NCBI GenBank assembly: GCA_964016885.1
Contig: OZ024740.1
Coordinates: forward strand, 140,988,001-141,052,000
Source: Eledone cirrhosa
Taxonomy: Eukaryota
Length of the DNA stretch: 64,000 bases
Direction: 5' to 3'
Part shown: positions 39,901 to 52,380 of the stretch, in pieces
Layout: every line of letters starts with the position of its first letter
Numbering within the stretch: position 1 is the stretch's first letter
Made by a program: the position numbers and the translations under genes
Notes under the pieces: model-generated
Told to the model about the DNA's origin: nothing
Seen by the model: only the letters and a program-made list of their open reading frames with translations
Database searches by the model: none

Positions 39901-42900
39901 TGGTGGTAGGGTTGTTGGTGTTGGTGGTGTTGGTGGTGTTGTTGGTGGTAGGGTTGTTGGTGTTGGTGGTGTTGGTGGTGTTGTTGATGGTAGGGTTGTT
40001 GGTGTTGGTGGTGTTGGTGGTATTGTTGGTGGTAGGGTTGTTGGTGTTGGTGGTGTTGGTGGTGTTGGTGGTAGGGTTGTTGGTACTGGTGGTGTTGGTG
40101 GTAGTGTTGGTGGTAGGGTTGTTGGTGTTGGTGGTGTTGGTGGTGTTGTTGGTGTTGTTGGTGGTAGGGTTGTTGGTGTTGCTGGTGTTGGTGGTGTTGT
40201 TGGTGGTAGGGTTGTTGGTGTTGCTGGTGTTGGTGGTGTTGTTGGTGGTAGGGTTGTTGGTGTTGGTGGTGTTGGTGGTATTGTTGGTGGTAGGGTTGTT
40301 GGTGTTGGTGGTGTTGGTGGTGTTGGTGGTAGGGTTGTTGGTACTGGTGGTGTTGGTGGTAGTGTTGGTGGTAGGGTTGTTGGTGTTGGTGGTGTTGGTG
40401 GTGTTGTTGGTGGTAGGCTTGTTGGTGTTGCTGGTGTTGGTGGTGTTGTTGGTGTTGTTGGTGGTAGGGTTGTTGGTGTTGCTGGTGTTGGTGGTGTTGT
40501 TGGTGGTAGGGTTGTTGGTGTTGCTGGTGTTGGTGGTATTGTTGGTGGTAGGGTTGTTGGTGTTGGTGGTGTTGGTGGTATTGTTGGTGGTAGGGTTGTT
40601 GGTGTTGGTGTTGTTGTTGGTGTTGTTGATGGTAGGGTTGTTGGTGTTGCTGGTGTTGTTGGTGTTGTTGGTGGTAGGGTTGTTGGTGTTGCTGGTGTTG
40701 GTGGTGTTGTTGATGGTAGGGTTGTTGGTGTTGGTGGTGTTGGTGGTGTTGTTGGTGGTAGGGTTGTTGGTGTTGGTGGTGTTGGTGGTGTTGTTGATGG
40801 TAGGGTTGTTGGTGTTGGTGGTGTTGGTGGTATTGTTGGTGGTAGGGTTGTTGGTGTTGGTGGTGTTGGTGGTGTTGGTGGTAGGGTTGTTGGAGTTGGT
40901 GGTGTTGGTGGTAGTGTTGGTGGTAGGGTTGTTGGTGTTGGTGGTGTTGGTGGTGTTGTTGGTGGTAGGGTTGTTGGTGTTGGTGGTGTTGGTGGTGTTG
41001 TTGATGGTAGGGTTGTTGGTGTTGGTGGTGTTGGTGGTATTGTTGGTGGTAGGGTTGTTGGTGTTGGTGGTGTTGGTGGTGTTGTTGGTGGTAGGGTTGT
41101 TGGTGTTGGTGGTGTTGGTGGTGTTGGTGGTAGGGTTGTTGGTGTTGGTGGTGTTGGTGGTAGTGTTGGTGGTAGGGTTGTTGGTGTTGGTGGTGTTGGT
41201 GGTGTTGTTGGTGGTAGGGTTGTTGGTGTTGGTGGTGTTGGTGGTGTTGTTGGTGGTAGGGTTGTTGGTGTTGGTGGTGTTGGTGGTGTTGGTGGTAGGG
41301 TTGTTGGTGTTGCTGGTGTTGGTGGTATTGTTGGTGGTAGGGTTGTTGGTGTTGGTGGTGTTGGTGGTATTGTTGGTGGTAGGGTTGTTGGTGTTGGTGG
41401 TGTTGGTGGTGTTGGTGGTAGGGTTGTTGGTGTTGGTGGTGTTGGTGGTAGTGTTGGTGGTAGGGTTGTTGGTGTTGGTGGTGTTGGTGGTGTTGTTGGT
41501 GGTAGGGTTGTTGGTGTTGGTGGTGTTGGTGGTGTTGTTGATGGTAGGGTTGTTGGTGTTGGTGGTGTTGGTGGTATTGTTGGTGGTAGGGTTGTTGGTG
41601 TTGGTGGTGTTGGTGGTGTTGGTGGTAGGGTTGTTGGTGTTGGTGGTGTTGGTGGTAGTGTTGGTGGTAGGGTTGTTGGTGTTGGTGGTGTTGGTGGTGT
41701 TGTTGGTGGTAGGGTTGTTGGTGTTGGTGGTGTTGGTGGTGTTGTTGATGGTAGGGTTGTTGGTGTTGGTGGTTTTGGTGGTATTGTTGGTGGTAGGGTT
41801 GTTGGTGTTGGTGGTGTTGGTGGTGTTGGTGGTAGGGTTGTTGGTGTTGCTGGTGTTGGTGGTATTGTTGGTGGTAGGGTTGTTGGTGTTGGTGGTGTTG
41901 GTGGTATTGTTGGTGGTAGGGTTGTTGGTGTTGGTGGTGTTGTTGGTGTTGTTGGTGGTAGGGTTGTTGGTGTTGCTGGTGTTGGTGGTATTGTTGGTGG
42001 TAGGGTTGTTGGTGTTGGTGGTGTTGGTGGTATTGTTGGTGGTAGGGTTGTTGGTGTTGGTGGTGTTGTTGGTGTTGTTGGTGGTAGGGTTGTTGGTGTT
42101 GCTGGTGTTGGTGGTATTGTTGGTGGTAGGGTTGTTGGTGTTGGTGGTGTTGGTGGTATTGTTGGTGGTAGGGTTGTTGGTGTTGGTGGTGTTGGTGGTG
42201 TTGGTGGTAGGGTTGTTGGTACTGGTGGTGTTGGTGGTAGTGTTGGTGGTAGGGTTGTTGGTGTTGGTGGTGTTGGTGGTGTTGTTGGTGGTAGGGTTGT
42301 TGGTGTTGGTGGTGTTGGTGGTGTTGTTGATGGTAGGGTTGTTGGTGTTGGTGGTGTTGGTGGTATTGTTGGTGGTAGGGTTGTTGGTGTTGGTGGTGTT
42401 GGTGGTGTTGGTGGTAGGGTTGTTGGTACTGGTGGTGTTGGTGGTAGTGTTGGTGGTAGGGTTGTTGGTGTTGGTGGTGTTGGTGGTGTTGTTGGTGGTA
42501 GGGTTGTTGGTGTTGGTGGTGTTGGTGGTATTGTTGGTGGTAGGGTTGTTGGTGTTGGTGGTGTTGGTGGTGTTGGTGGTAGGGTTGTTGGTACTGGTGG
42601 TGTTGGTGGTAGTGTTGGTGGTAGGGTTGTTGGTGTTGGTGGTGTTGGTGGTGTTGTTGGTGGTAGGCTTGTTGGTGTTGCTGGTGTTGGTGGTGTTGTT
42701 GGTGTTGTTGGTGGTAGGGTTGTTGGTGTTGCTGGTGTTGGTGGTGTTGTTGGTGTTGGTGGTGTTGTTGGTGTTGTTGGTGGTAGGGTTGTTGGTGTTG
42801 CTGGTGTTGGTGGTGTTGTTGGTGTTGTTGGTGGTAGGGTTGGTGGTGTTGTTGGTGGTAGGGTTGTTGGTGTTGGTGGTGTTGTTGATGGTAGGGTTGT

Positions 42901-45900
42901 TGGTGGTGTTGCTGGTGTTGCTGGTGTTGTTGGTGGTAGGGTTGTTGGTGCTGGTGGTGTTGGTGGTGTTGTTGGTGGTAGGCTTGTTGGTGCTGGTGGT
43001 GTTGGTGGTGTTGTTGGTGGTAGGGTTGTTGGTGTTGGTGGTGTTGGTGGTGTTGTTGATGGTAGGGTTGTTGGTGGTGTTGCTGGTGTTGGTGGTGTTG
43101 TTGGTGGTAGGGTTGTTGGTGTTGGTGGTGTTGGTGGTGTTGTTGGTGGTAGGGTTGTTGGTGTTGGTGGTGTTGGTGGTGTTGTTGATGGTAGGGTTGT
43201 TGGTGGTGTTGCTGGTGTTGGTGGTGTTGTTGGTGGTAGGGTTGTTGGTGTTGGTGGTGTTGGTGGTGTTGGTGGTGTTGTTGGTGGTAGGGTTGTTGGT
43301 GTTGGTGGTGTTGGTGGTATTGTTGGTGGTAGGGTTGTTGGTGTTGGTGGTGTTGGTGGTGTTGTTGGTGGTAGGGTTGTTGGTGTTGGTGGTGTTGGTG
43401 GTATTGTTGGTGGTAGGGTTGTTGGTGTTGGTGGTGTTGGTGGTGTTGGTGGTATTGTTGGTGGTAGGGTTGTTGGTGTTGGTGGTGTTGGTGGTGTTGT
43501 TGGTGGTAGGGTTGTTGGTGTTGGTGGTGTTGGTGGTATTGTTGGTGGTAGGGTTGTTGGTGTTGGTGGTGTTGGTGGTGTTGTTGGTGGTAGGGTTGTT
43601 GGTGTTGGTGGTGTTGGTGGTATTGTTGGTGGTAGGGTTGTTGGTGTTGGTGGTGTTGGTGGTGTTGGTGGTATTGTTGGTGGTAGGGTTGTTGGTGTTG
43701 GTGGTGTTGGTGGTGTTGGTGGTAGGGTTGTTGGTGTTGCTGGTGTTGGTGGTGTTGGTGGTGTTGTTGGTGGTAGGGTTGTTGGTGTTGGTGGTGTTGG
43801 TGGTATTGTTGGTGGTAGGGTTGTTGGTGTTGGTGGTGTTGGTGGTATTGTTGGTGGTAGGGTTGTTGGTGTTGGTGGTGTTGGTGGTGTTGGTGGTAGG
43901 GTTGTTGGTGTTGGTGGTGTTGGTGGTGTTGGTGGTAGGGTTGTTGGTGTTGGTGGTGTTGGTGGTGTTGGTGGTAGGGTTGTTGGTGTTGGTGGTGTTG
44001 TTGGTGGTAGGGTTGTTGGTGTTGGTGGTGTTGGTGGTATTGTTGGTGGTAGGGTTGTTGGTGTTGGTGGTGTTGGTGGTGTTGGTGGTAGGGTTGTTGG
44101 TGTTGCTGGTGTTGGTGGTGTTGGTGGTGTTGTTGGTGGTAGGGTTGTTGGTGTTGGTGGTGTTGGTGGTGTTGGTGGTGTTGTTGGTGGTAGGGTTGTT
44201 GGTGTTGGTGGTGTTGGTGGTATTGTTGGTGGTAGGGTTGTTGGTGTTGGTGGTGTTGGTGGTGTTGTTGGTGGTAGGGTTGTTGGTGTTGGTGGTGTTG
44301 GTGGTGTTGTTGGTGGTAGGGTTGTTGGTGTTGGTGGTGTTGGTGGTATTGTTGGTGGTAGGGTTGTTGGTGTTGGTGGTGTTGGTGGTGTTGGTGGTAG
44401 GGTTGTTGGTTTTGCCTGTGTTGGTGGTGTTGGTGGTGTTGTTGGTGGTAGGGTTGTTGGTGTTGGTGGTGTTGGTGGTATTGTTGGTGGTAGGGTTGTT
44501 GGTGTTGGTGGTGTTGGTGGTGTTGGTGGTAGGGTTGTTGGTGTTGGTGGTGTTGGTGGTGTTGGTGGTAGGGTTGTTGGTACTGGTGGTGTTGGTGGTA
44601 GTGTTGGTGGTAGGGTTGTTGGTGTTGGTGGTGTTGGTGGTGTTGTTGGTGGTAGGCTTGTTGGTGTTGCTGGTGTTGGTGGTGTTGTTGGTGTTGTTGG
44701 TGGTAGGGTTGTTGGTGTTGCTGGTGTTGGTGGTGTTGTTGGTGTTGGTGGTGTTGTTGGTGTTGTTGGTGGTAGGGTTGTTGGTGTTGCTGGTGTTGGT
44801 GGTGTTGTTGGTGTTGTTGGTGGTAGGGTTGGTGGTGTTGTTGGTGGTAGGGTTGTTGGTGTTGGTGGTGTTGTTGATGGTAGGGTTGTTGGTGGTGTTG
44901 CTGGTGTTGCTGGTGTTGTTGGTGGTAGGGTTGTTGGTGCTGGTGGTGTTGGTGGTGTTGTTGGTGGTAGGCTTGTTGGTGCTGGTGGTGTTGGTGGTGT
45001 TGTTGGTGGTAGGGTTGTTGGTGTTGGTGGTGTTGGTGGTGTTGTTGATGGTAGGGTTGTTGGTGGTGTTGCTGGTGTTGGTGGTGTTGTTGGTGGTAGG
45101 GTTGTTGGTGTTGGTGGTGTTGGTGGTGTTGTTGGTGGTAGGGTTGTTGGTGTTGGTGGTGTTGGTGGTGTTGTTGATGGTAGGGTTGTTGGTGGTGTTG
45201 CTGGTGTTGGTGGTGTTGTTGGTGGTAGGGTTGTTGGTGTTGGTGGTGTTGGTGGTGGTGTTGATGGTAGGGTTGTTGGTGTTGGTGGTGTTGGTGGTGT
45301 TGTTGGTGGTAGGGTTGTTGGTGTTGGTGGTGTTGGTGGTGTTGTTGGTGGTAGGGTTGTTGGTGTTGGTGGTGTTGGTGGTGTTGTTGGTGGTAGGGTT
45401 GTTGGTGTTGGTGGTGTTGGTGGTGTTGTTGATGGTAGGGTTGTTGGTGTTGGTGGTGTTGGTGGTGTTGTTGATGGTAGGGTTGTTGGTGGTGTTGCTG
45501 GTGTTGGTGGTGGTAGGGTTGTTGGTGTTGTTGGTGTTGGTGGTGTTGTTGATGGTAGGGTTGTTGGTGGTGTTGCTGGTGTTGGTGGTGGTAGGGTTGT
45601 TGGTGGTGTTGCTGGTGTTGCTGGTGTTGTTGGTGGTAGGGTTGTTGGTGGTGTTGCTGGTGTTGCTGGTGTTGGTGGTGGTAGGGTTGTTGGTGGTGTT
45701 GCTGGTGTTGCTGGTGTTGTTGGTGGTAGGGTTGTTGGTGTTGTTGGTGTTGGTGGTGTTGTTGATGGTAGGGTTGTTGGTGGTGTTGGTGGTGTTGTTG
45801 GTGGTAGGGTTGTTGGTGGTGTTGCTGGTGTTGCTGGTGTTGTTGGTGGTAGGGTTGTTGGTGTTGTTGGTGTTGGTGGTGTTGTTGATGGTAGGGTTGT

Positions 45901-48900
45901 TGGTGTTGGTGGTGTTGGTGGTGTTGTTGATGGTAGGGTTGTTGGTGGTGTTGCTGGTGTTGGTGGTGTTGTTGGTGGTAGGGTTGTTGGTGTTGGTGGT
46001 GTTGGTGGTGTTGTTGATGGTAGGCTTGTTGGTACTGGTGGTGTTGGTGGTGTTGTTGGTGGTAGGGTTGTTGGTGTTGGTGGTGTTGGTGGTGTTGTTG
46101 GTGGTAGGGTTGTTCTTGTTGGTGGTGTTGGTGGTGTTGTTGATGGTAGGGTTGTTGGTGTTGGTGGTGTTGGTGGTGTTGTTGATGGTAGGGTTGTTGG
46201 TGGTGTTGCTGGTGTTGCTGGTGTTGTTGGTGGTAGGGTTGTTGGTGTTGTTGGTGTTGGTGGTGTTGTTGATGGTAGGGTTGTTGGTGTTGGTGGTGTT
46301 GGTGGTGTTGTTGGTGGTAGGGTTGTTGGTGGTGTTGCTGGTGTTGGTGGTGTTGTTGGTGGTAGGGTTGTTGGTGTTGGTGGTGTTGGTGGTGTTGTTG
46401 GTGGTAGGGTTGTTGGTGTTGGTGGTGTTGGTGGTGTTGTTGGTGGTAGGGTTGTTCTTGTTGGTGGTGTTGGTGGTGTTGTTGATGGTAGGGTTGTTGG
46501 TGTTGGTGGTGTTGGTGGTGTTGTTGGTGGTAGGGTTGTTGGTGTTGGTGGTGTTGGTGGTGTTGTTGGTGGTAGGGTTGTTGGTGTTGGTGGTGTTGGT
46601 GGTGTTGTTGGTGGTAGGGTTGTTGGTGTTGGTGGTGTTGGTGGTGTTGTTGGTGGTAGGGTTGTTCTTGTTGGTGGTGTTGGTGGTGTTGTTGGTGGTA
46701 GGGTTGTTGGTGTTGGTGGTGTTGCTGGTGTTGTTGGTGGTAGGGTTGTTGGTGTTGCTGGTGTTGGTGGTGTTGTTGATGGTAGGGTTGTTGGTGTTGG
46801 TGGTGTTGGTGTTGGTGGTGTTGTTGATGGTAGGGTTGTTGGTGGTGTTGCTGGTGTTGGTGGTGTTGTTGGTGGTAGGGTTGTTGGTGGTGTTGCTGGT
46901 GTTGCTGGTGTTGTTGGTGGTAGGGTTGTTGGTGTTGTTGGTGTTGGTGGTGTTGTTGATGGTAGGGTTGTTGGTGTTGGTGGTGTTGGTGTTGGTGGTG
47001 TTGTTGATGGTAGGGTTGTTGGTGTTGGTGGTGTTGTTGATGGTAGGGTTGTTGGTGGTGTTGCTGGTGTTGGTGGTGTTGTTGGTGGTAGGGTTGTTGG
47101 TGTTGGTGGTGTTGGTGGTGTTGTTGGTGGTAGGGTTGTTGGTGTTGGTGGTGTTGGTGGTGTTGTTGGTGGTAGGGTTGTTCTTGTTGGTGGTGTTGGT
47201 GGTGTTGTTGATGGTAGGGTTGTTGGTGTTGGTGGTGTTGGTGGTGTTGTTGGTGGTAGGGTTGTTGGTGTTGGTGGTGTTGGTGGTGTTGTTGGTGGTA
47301 GGGTTGTTGGTGTTGGTGGTGTTGGTGGTGTTGTTGGTGGTAGGGTTGTTGGTGTTGGTGGTGTTGGTGGTGTTGTTGGTGGTAGGGTTGTTCTTGTTGG
47401 TGGTGTTGGTGGTGTTGTTGGTGGTAGGGTTGTTGGTGTTGGTGGTGTTGCTGGTGTTGTTGGTGGTAGGGTTGTTGGTGTTGCTGGTGTTGGTGGTGTT
47501 GTTGATGGTAGGGTTGTTGGTGTTGGTGGTGTTGGTGGTGTTGTTGGTGGTAGGGTTGTTGGTGTTGGTGGTGTTGGTGGTGTTGTTGATGGTAGGGTTG
47601 TTGGTGTTGGTGGTGTTGCTGGTGTTGCTGGTGTTGTTGGTGGTAGGGTTGTTGGTGTTGTTGGTGTTGGTGGTGTTGTTGGTGGTAGGCTTGTTGGTAC
47701 TGGTGGTGTTGGTGGTGTTGTTGGTGGTAGGGTTGTTGGTGTTGGTGGTGTTGGTGGTGTTGTTGATGGTAGGGTTGTTGGTGTTGGTGGTGTTGGTGGT
47801 GTTGTTGGTGGTAGGGTTGTTGGTGTTGCTGGTGTTGGTGGTGTTGTTGATGGTAGGGTTGTTGGTGTTGGTGGTGTTGGTGGTGTTGTTGGTGGTAGGG
47901 TTGTTGGTGTTGGTGGTGTTGGTGGTGTTGTTGGTGGTAGGGTTGTTGGTGTTGGTGGTGTTGGTGGTGTTGTTGGTGGTAGGGTTGTTGGTGTTGGTGG
48001 TGTTGGTGGTGTTGTTGGTGGTAGGGTTGTTGGTGTTGGTGGTGTTGGTGGTGTTGTTGGTGGTAGGGTTGTTGGTGTTGGTGGTGTTGGTGGTGTTGTT
48101 GGTGGTAGGGTTGTTGGTGTTGGTGGTGTTGGTGGTGTTGTTGGTGGTAGGGTTGTTCTTGTTGGTGGTGTTGGTGGTGTTGTTGATGGTAGGGTTGTTG
48201 GTGTTGGTGGTGTTGGTGGTGTTGTTGGTGGTAGGGTTGTTGGTGTTGGTGGTGTTGGTGGTGTTGTTGGTGGTAGGGTTGTTGGTGTTGCTGGTGTTGG
48301 TGGTGTTGTTGATGGTAGGGTTGTTGGTGTTGGTGGTGTTGGTGGTGTTGTTGGTGGTAGGGTTGTTCTTGTTGGTGGTGTTGGTGGTGTTGTTGATGGT
48401 AGGGTTGTTGGTGTTGGTGGTGTTGCTGGTGTTGCTGGTGTTGTTGGTGGTAGGGTTGTTGGTGTTGTTGGTGTTGGTGGTGTTGTTGGTGGTAGGCTTG
48501 TTGGTACTGGTGGTGTTGGTGGTGTTGTTGGTGGTAGGGTTGTTGGTGTTGGTGGTGTTGGTGGTGTTGTTGATGGTAGGGTTGTTGGTGTTGGTGGTGT
48601 TGGTGGTGTTGTTGGTGGTAGGGTTGTTGGTGTTGCTGGTGTTGGTGGTGTTGTTGATGGTAGGGTTGTTGGTGTTGGTGGTGTTGGTGGTGTTGTTGGT
48701 GGTAGGGTTGTTGGTGTTGCTGGTGTTGGTGGTGTTGTTGATGGTAGGGTTGTTGGTGTTGTTGGTGTTGGTGGTGTTGTTGGTGGTAGGGTTGTTGGTG
48801 TTGGTGTTGTTGTTGGTGTTGTTGATGGTAGGGTTGTTGGTGTTGCTGGTGTTGTTGGTGTTGTTGGTGGTAGGGTTGTTGGTGTTGGTGTTGTTGTTGG

Positions 48901-50305
48901 TGTTGTTGATGGTAGGGTTGTTGGTGTTGCTGGTGTTGTTGGTGTTGTTGGTGGTAGGGTTGTTGGTGTTGCTGGTGTTGGTGGTGTTGTTGATGGTAGG
49001 GTTGTTGGTGTTGCTGGTGTTGTTGGTGTTGTTGGTGGTAGGGTTGTTGGTGTTGTTGGTGTTGGTGGTGTTGTTGGTGGTAGGGTTGTTGGTGTTGGTG
49101 TTGTTGTTGGTGTTGTTGATGGTAGGGTTGTTGGTGTTGGTGTTGTTGTTGGTGTTGTTGATGGTAGGGTTGTTGGTGTTGCTGGTGTTGTTGGTGTTGT
49201 TGGTGGTAGGGTTGTTGGTGTTGCTGGTGTTGGTGGTGTTGTTGATGGTAGGGTTGTTCTTGTTGTTGGTGTTGCTGGTGTTGTTGGTGGTAGGGTTGTT
49301 GGTGTTGGTGTTGTTGGTGGTGTTGTTGGTGGTAGGGTTGTTGGTGTTGGTGGTGTTGGTGGTGTTGTTGGTGGTAGGGTTGTTGGTGTTGGTGGTGTTG
49401 GTGGTGTTGTTGATGGTAGGGTTGTTGGTGTTGGTGTTGTTGTTGGTGTTGTTGATGGTAGGGTTGTTGGTGTTGCTGGTGTTGTTGGTGGTAGGGTTGT
49501 TGGTGTTGGTGTTGTTGGTGGTGTTGTTGGTGGTAGGGTTGTTGGTGTTGGTGGTGTTGGTGGTGTTGTTGGTGGTAGGGTTGTTGGTGTTGGTGGTGTT
49601 GGTGGTGTTGTTGATGGTAGGGTTGTTGGTGTTGCTGGTGTTGTTGGTGGTAGGGTTGTTCTTGTTGGTGGTGTTGGTGGTGTTGGTGGTGGTAGGGTTG
49701 TTGGTGTTGGTGGTGTTGCTGGTGTTGTTGGTGGTGGTGGTGTTGCTGGTGTTGGTGGTGTTGGTGGTGTTGTTGGTGGTGGTGGTGTTGGTGTTGGTGG
49801 TGTTGGTGGTGCTGTTGGTGGTAGGGTTGTTGGTGTTGGTGGTGTTGCTGGTGTTGTTGGTGGTAGGGTTGTTGGTGTTGGTGGTGTTGCTGGTGTTGGT
49901 GGTGGTAGGGTTGTTGGTGTTGGTGTTGTTGGTGTTGTTGTTGGTGGTAGTGGTGGGGTTGTTGTTGGTGGTAGTGGTGGGGTTGTTGTTGGTGGTGGTG
50001 GTAGTGGTGGGGTTGTTGTTGTTGGTGGTGGTAGTGCTGGGGTTGTTGTTGGTGGTGGTGGTAGTGGTGGGGTTGTTGTTGTTGGTGTTGGTAAGGTTGT
50101 TGTTGTTGTTGTTGGTGTTGGTAGGGTTGATGTTGTTGTTGGTGGTGGTAGTGGTGAGGTTGTTTTTGTTGGTGGTAGTGGTGGGGTTGTTGTTGGTGGT
50201 GGTAGTGGTGGGGTTGTTGTTGTTGTTGGTGTTGGTGGTAGTGGTGGGGTTGTTGTTGTTGTTGGTGATGGTGGTAGTGGTGGGGTTGTTGTTGGTGGTG
50301 GTGGG
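33930..50305. repeat. Giant G/T-rich minisatellite with ~42-bp unit built from GGT/GTT triplets
   Basis: Consensus GGTAGGGTTGTTGGTGTTGGTGGTGTTGGTGGTGTTGTTGGT, repeated roughly 380-400 times (estimated as length/42). Length variants differ by whole triplets. Confidence 0.95.
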
Positions 50306-50729
50306 GGGTGGGATTGCTGCTAGTGATGGTGATAGCAGTAGTGGCTGTGGGGTTTGTGGTGATTGTGATGCTGCTGGAGGTAGTAGTGGTGGTGTACTAC
50401 TGCTACTGCTCATCTATTTTGTTAGATGTAGTTGTTATGGTTGTTGTTTGGCCTCGGGTCAACCGCGATCTGGGTTGTGTTGCTGGTGGTGATGGTTGTG
50501 ATGGGCGTGGTTGTGGTGCTGGCAGTGGTGGTAGTGATAGTGGTGGTAATAGCAATGGTGATAGAGATGATTCTGATGATGGTGGTGGTGATGGTGATGC
50601 TGGTGTTGGTTTTCTTGCTGGTGGCGGGGTTTGTGATGATGATCATAGTAGTAGTAGTAGTAGTGGTGGTGGTAATAACATAGGTGGTAGTAGTGATAGT
50701 TGTTGTTTCTGTTGTAGTAGTGGTTAAAA

Positions 50730-51122
50730 TAATTGTTTCTACTTTTGGTACAAGGCCAGCAATTATCCCAGTGCATTACTAGTACTTTATTTTATCGACC
50801 CCATAAGGATGAAAGGCAAAGTTAACCTCGGCGGGATTTGAACTCAGACCGTAAAGGGCTGTAACTCTATGCTACTAAGCATGGCGTCCGACCCTCTACC
50901 GATACTGCCAACCCACCGTGGTTGTTAAAATAATTGCTTCTACTTTTTGGCACAAGGCCAGCAAATTACCCAGTGCATTACTGGTACTTTATTTTATCGA
51001 CCCCGTAAGGATGAAAGGCAAAGTTAACCTCGGCGGGATTTGAACTCAGAATGGCAAGGGCGGTAACTCTATGCTTCAAAGCATGGCGCCCTACCCTCTA
51101 CCGATACTGCCAATCCACCGCC
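50730..51122 (-). mobile_element. Two tandem Meta-domain-like tRNA SINEs
   Basis: 50730-50918 and 50930-51122 are reverse complements of the 18708 SINE. Confidence 0.85.
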
Positions 51123-51674
51123 CTTTGGTGGTTAAATTGATGGTGGTAGTGATAGTTGTAGAGTTGGTAACAGTGTTGGAAGTGATAGTGAGAGGGATAG
51201 TTGTTGGTAGTGAGTAAAATGATGGTGGTAATGTTAGAGGTGATAGTAGTGGTGATACTTATTGTTTTAGTTGTTCCTGTTGAGGTGGTAGTGGCAGTGG
51301 TTCTAGTTGTTGTTGTGTTGGTGGTGTTAGTTGTAGGAGTGGGGATAATTAAAGTGGTGGTGGTAGTATTGGAGCTCATGGTATTGGTGATAGTTGTTGT
51401 CATCGTGGTGTTGGTGGTGGTAGTTGTAATTGTTGTTGTTGCTGTTGTTGAGGTGGTGGTGGTGGTGAGTGACGGTGGGATTACGTTGTTTTTCTTTTGT
51501 AGTTTTTTTTTTCTGTGTACAAACAACAATGTTGTTTCTTTACTCGTGTACAGATATGATGTGATTATAGATTTTTGTATATTTTTTCTTATATGTATAT
51601 ATATATATTTCAGTGCAGAAGTAAATGATAAAGTAGAAAATCAAACTTTCCAGTTGTTGTCTTCCTGTTTCTTC

Positions 51675-52380
51675 TACAACAACTACAACGGTACGCGATG
51701 GGATCCACCCACAGCCCCGGCGGACAGAATGGAGAAGGCGTTTCTCCGGAGGATGGCAAGGGGGACGCGCTGGAAAAGCCACTCCAACGCGCAGGGCTCA
51801 CACCTGCGGCCGGCCAGCTCAGCGCCTATGGTGGTGAGTAAGGAGGTAGCCCTGGGGCCGAGGACACCAGAAGTCTCCACTGCCAGGGGTACGACCGCAA
51901 ACCTGTCGGAGAGAGACCGGTATTTGAGGAGTTTGGCCCCCTCAGCCCGACGTGCAGCACAACCTGAGTCAGTCGCAGACTGCACCTGCATGGAGCCAGG
52001 CACCACTGTGGGGTTTGGAGGACGCACGAAAACAAGCAAGGCGGTGCTGGTCGAGCTGGCACGTGAGCCTGTCTGAGGCCAGGCTGCACTGGATGGCATC
52101 CCAAGTGCGTTGGGGGGGACTTGACGTCAACAGGGAGAGAAGGAGGAGGGACATCTACTGGGCTAAGTCCCAGCCGGTCCCACGTCTCACAGGCGGCCTA
52201 ACGTTCTCTGAACACAGAGGTTCTGTTGTGTTTAGAAGAACCCTGCTGACGAGGACGCTGCACGAGGTTACCGACGAAAGATACGCCGGCAAAGCTAGTG
52301 AGATAGGTGACCGGAGGCCAAGACTGCCATACCTGATAGGTAAAGTGGCCTGTTGCCACCCTTCTTCGACATCAAAATAG
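51675..52380 (-). mobile_element. CRE-like RLE non-LTR retrotransposon, 5'-truncated with internal deletion
   Basis: Motifs SGAWLHA, EGAKLLKYRSLSDRFAVVPLAVETSGVLG and LFQRVPLAILRRNA. Highly similar to 56010-57000 except for a ~335-bp gap. Confidence 0.85.

Noticed and set aside
33747-50492. 5581-aa poly-Leu/Val and 4818-aa Gly/Val plus-strand ORFs
   Set aside because: They are open only because the GGT/GTT repeat lacks stops in those frames. There are no domains, and a 5,500-residue purely hydrophobic chain is implausible. Not annotated as CDS.
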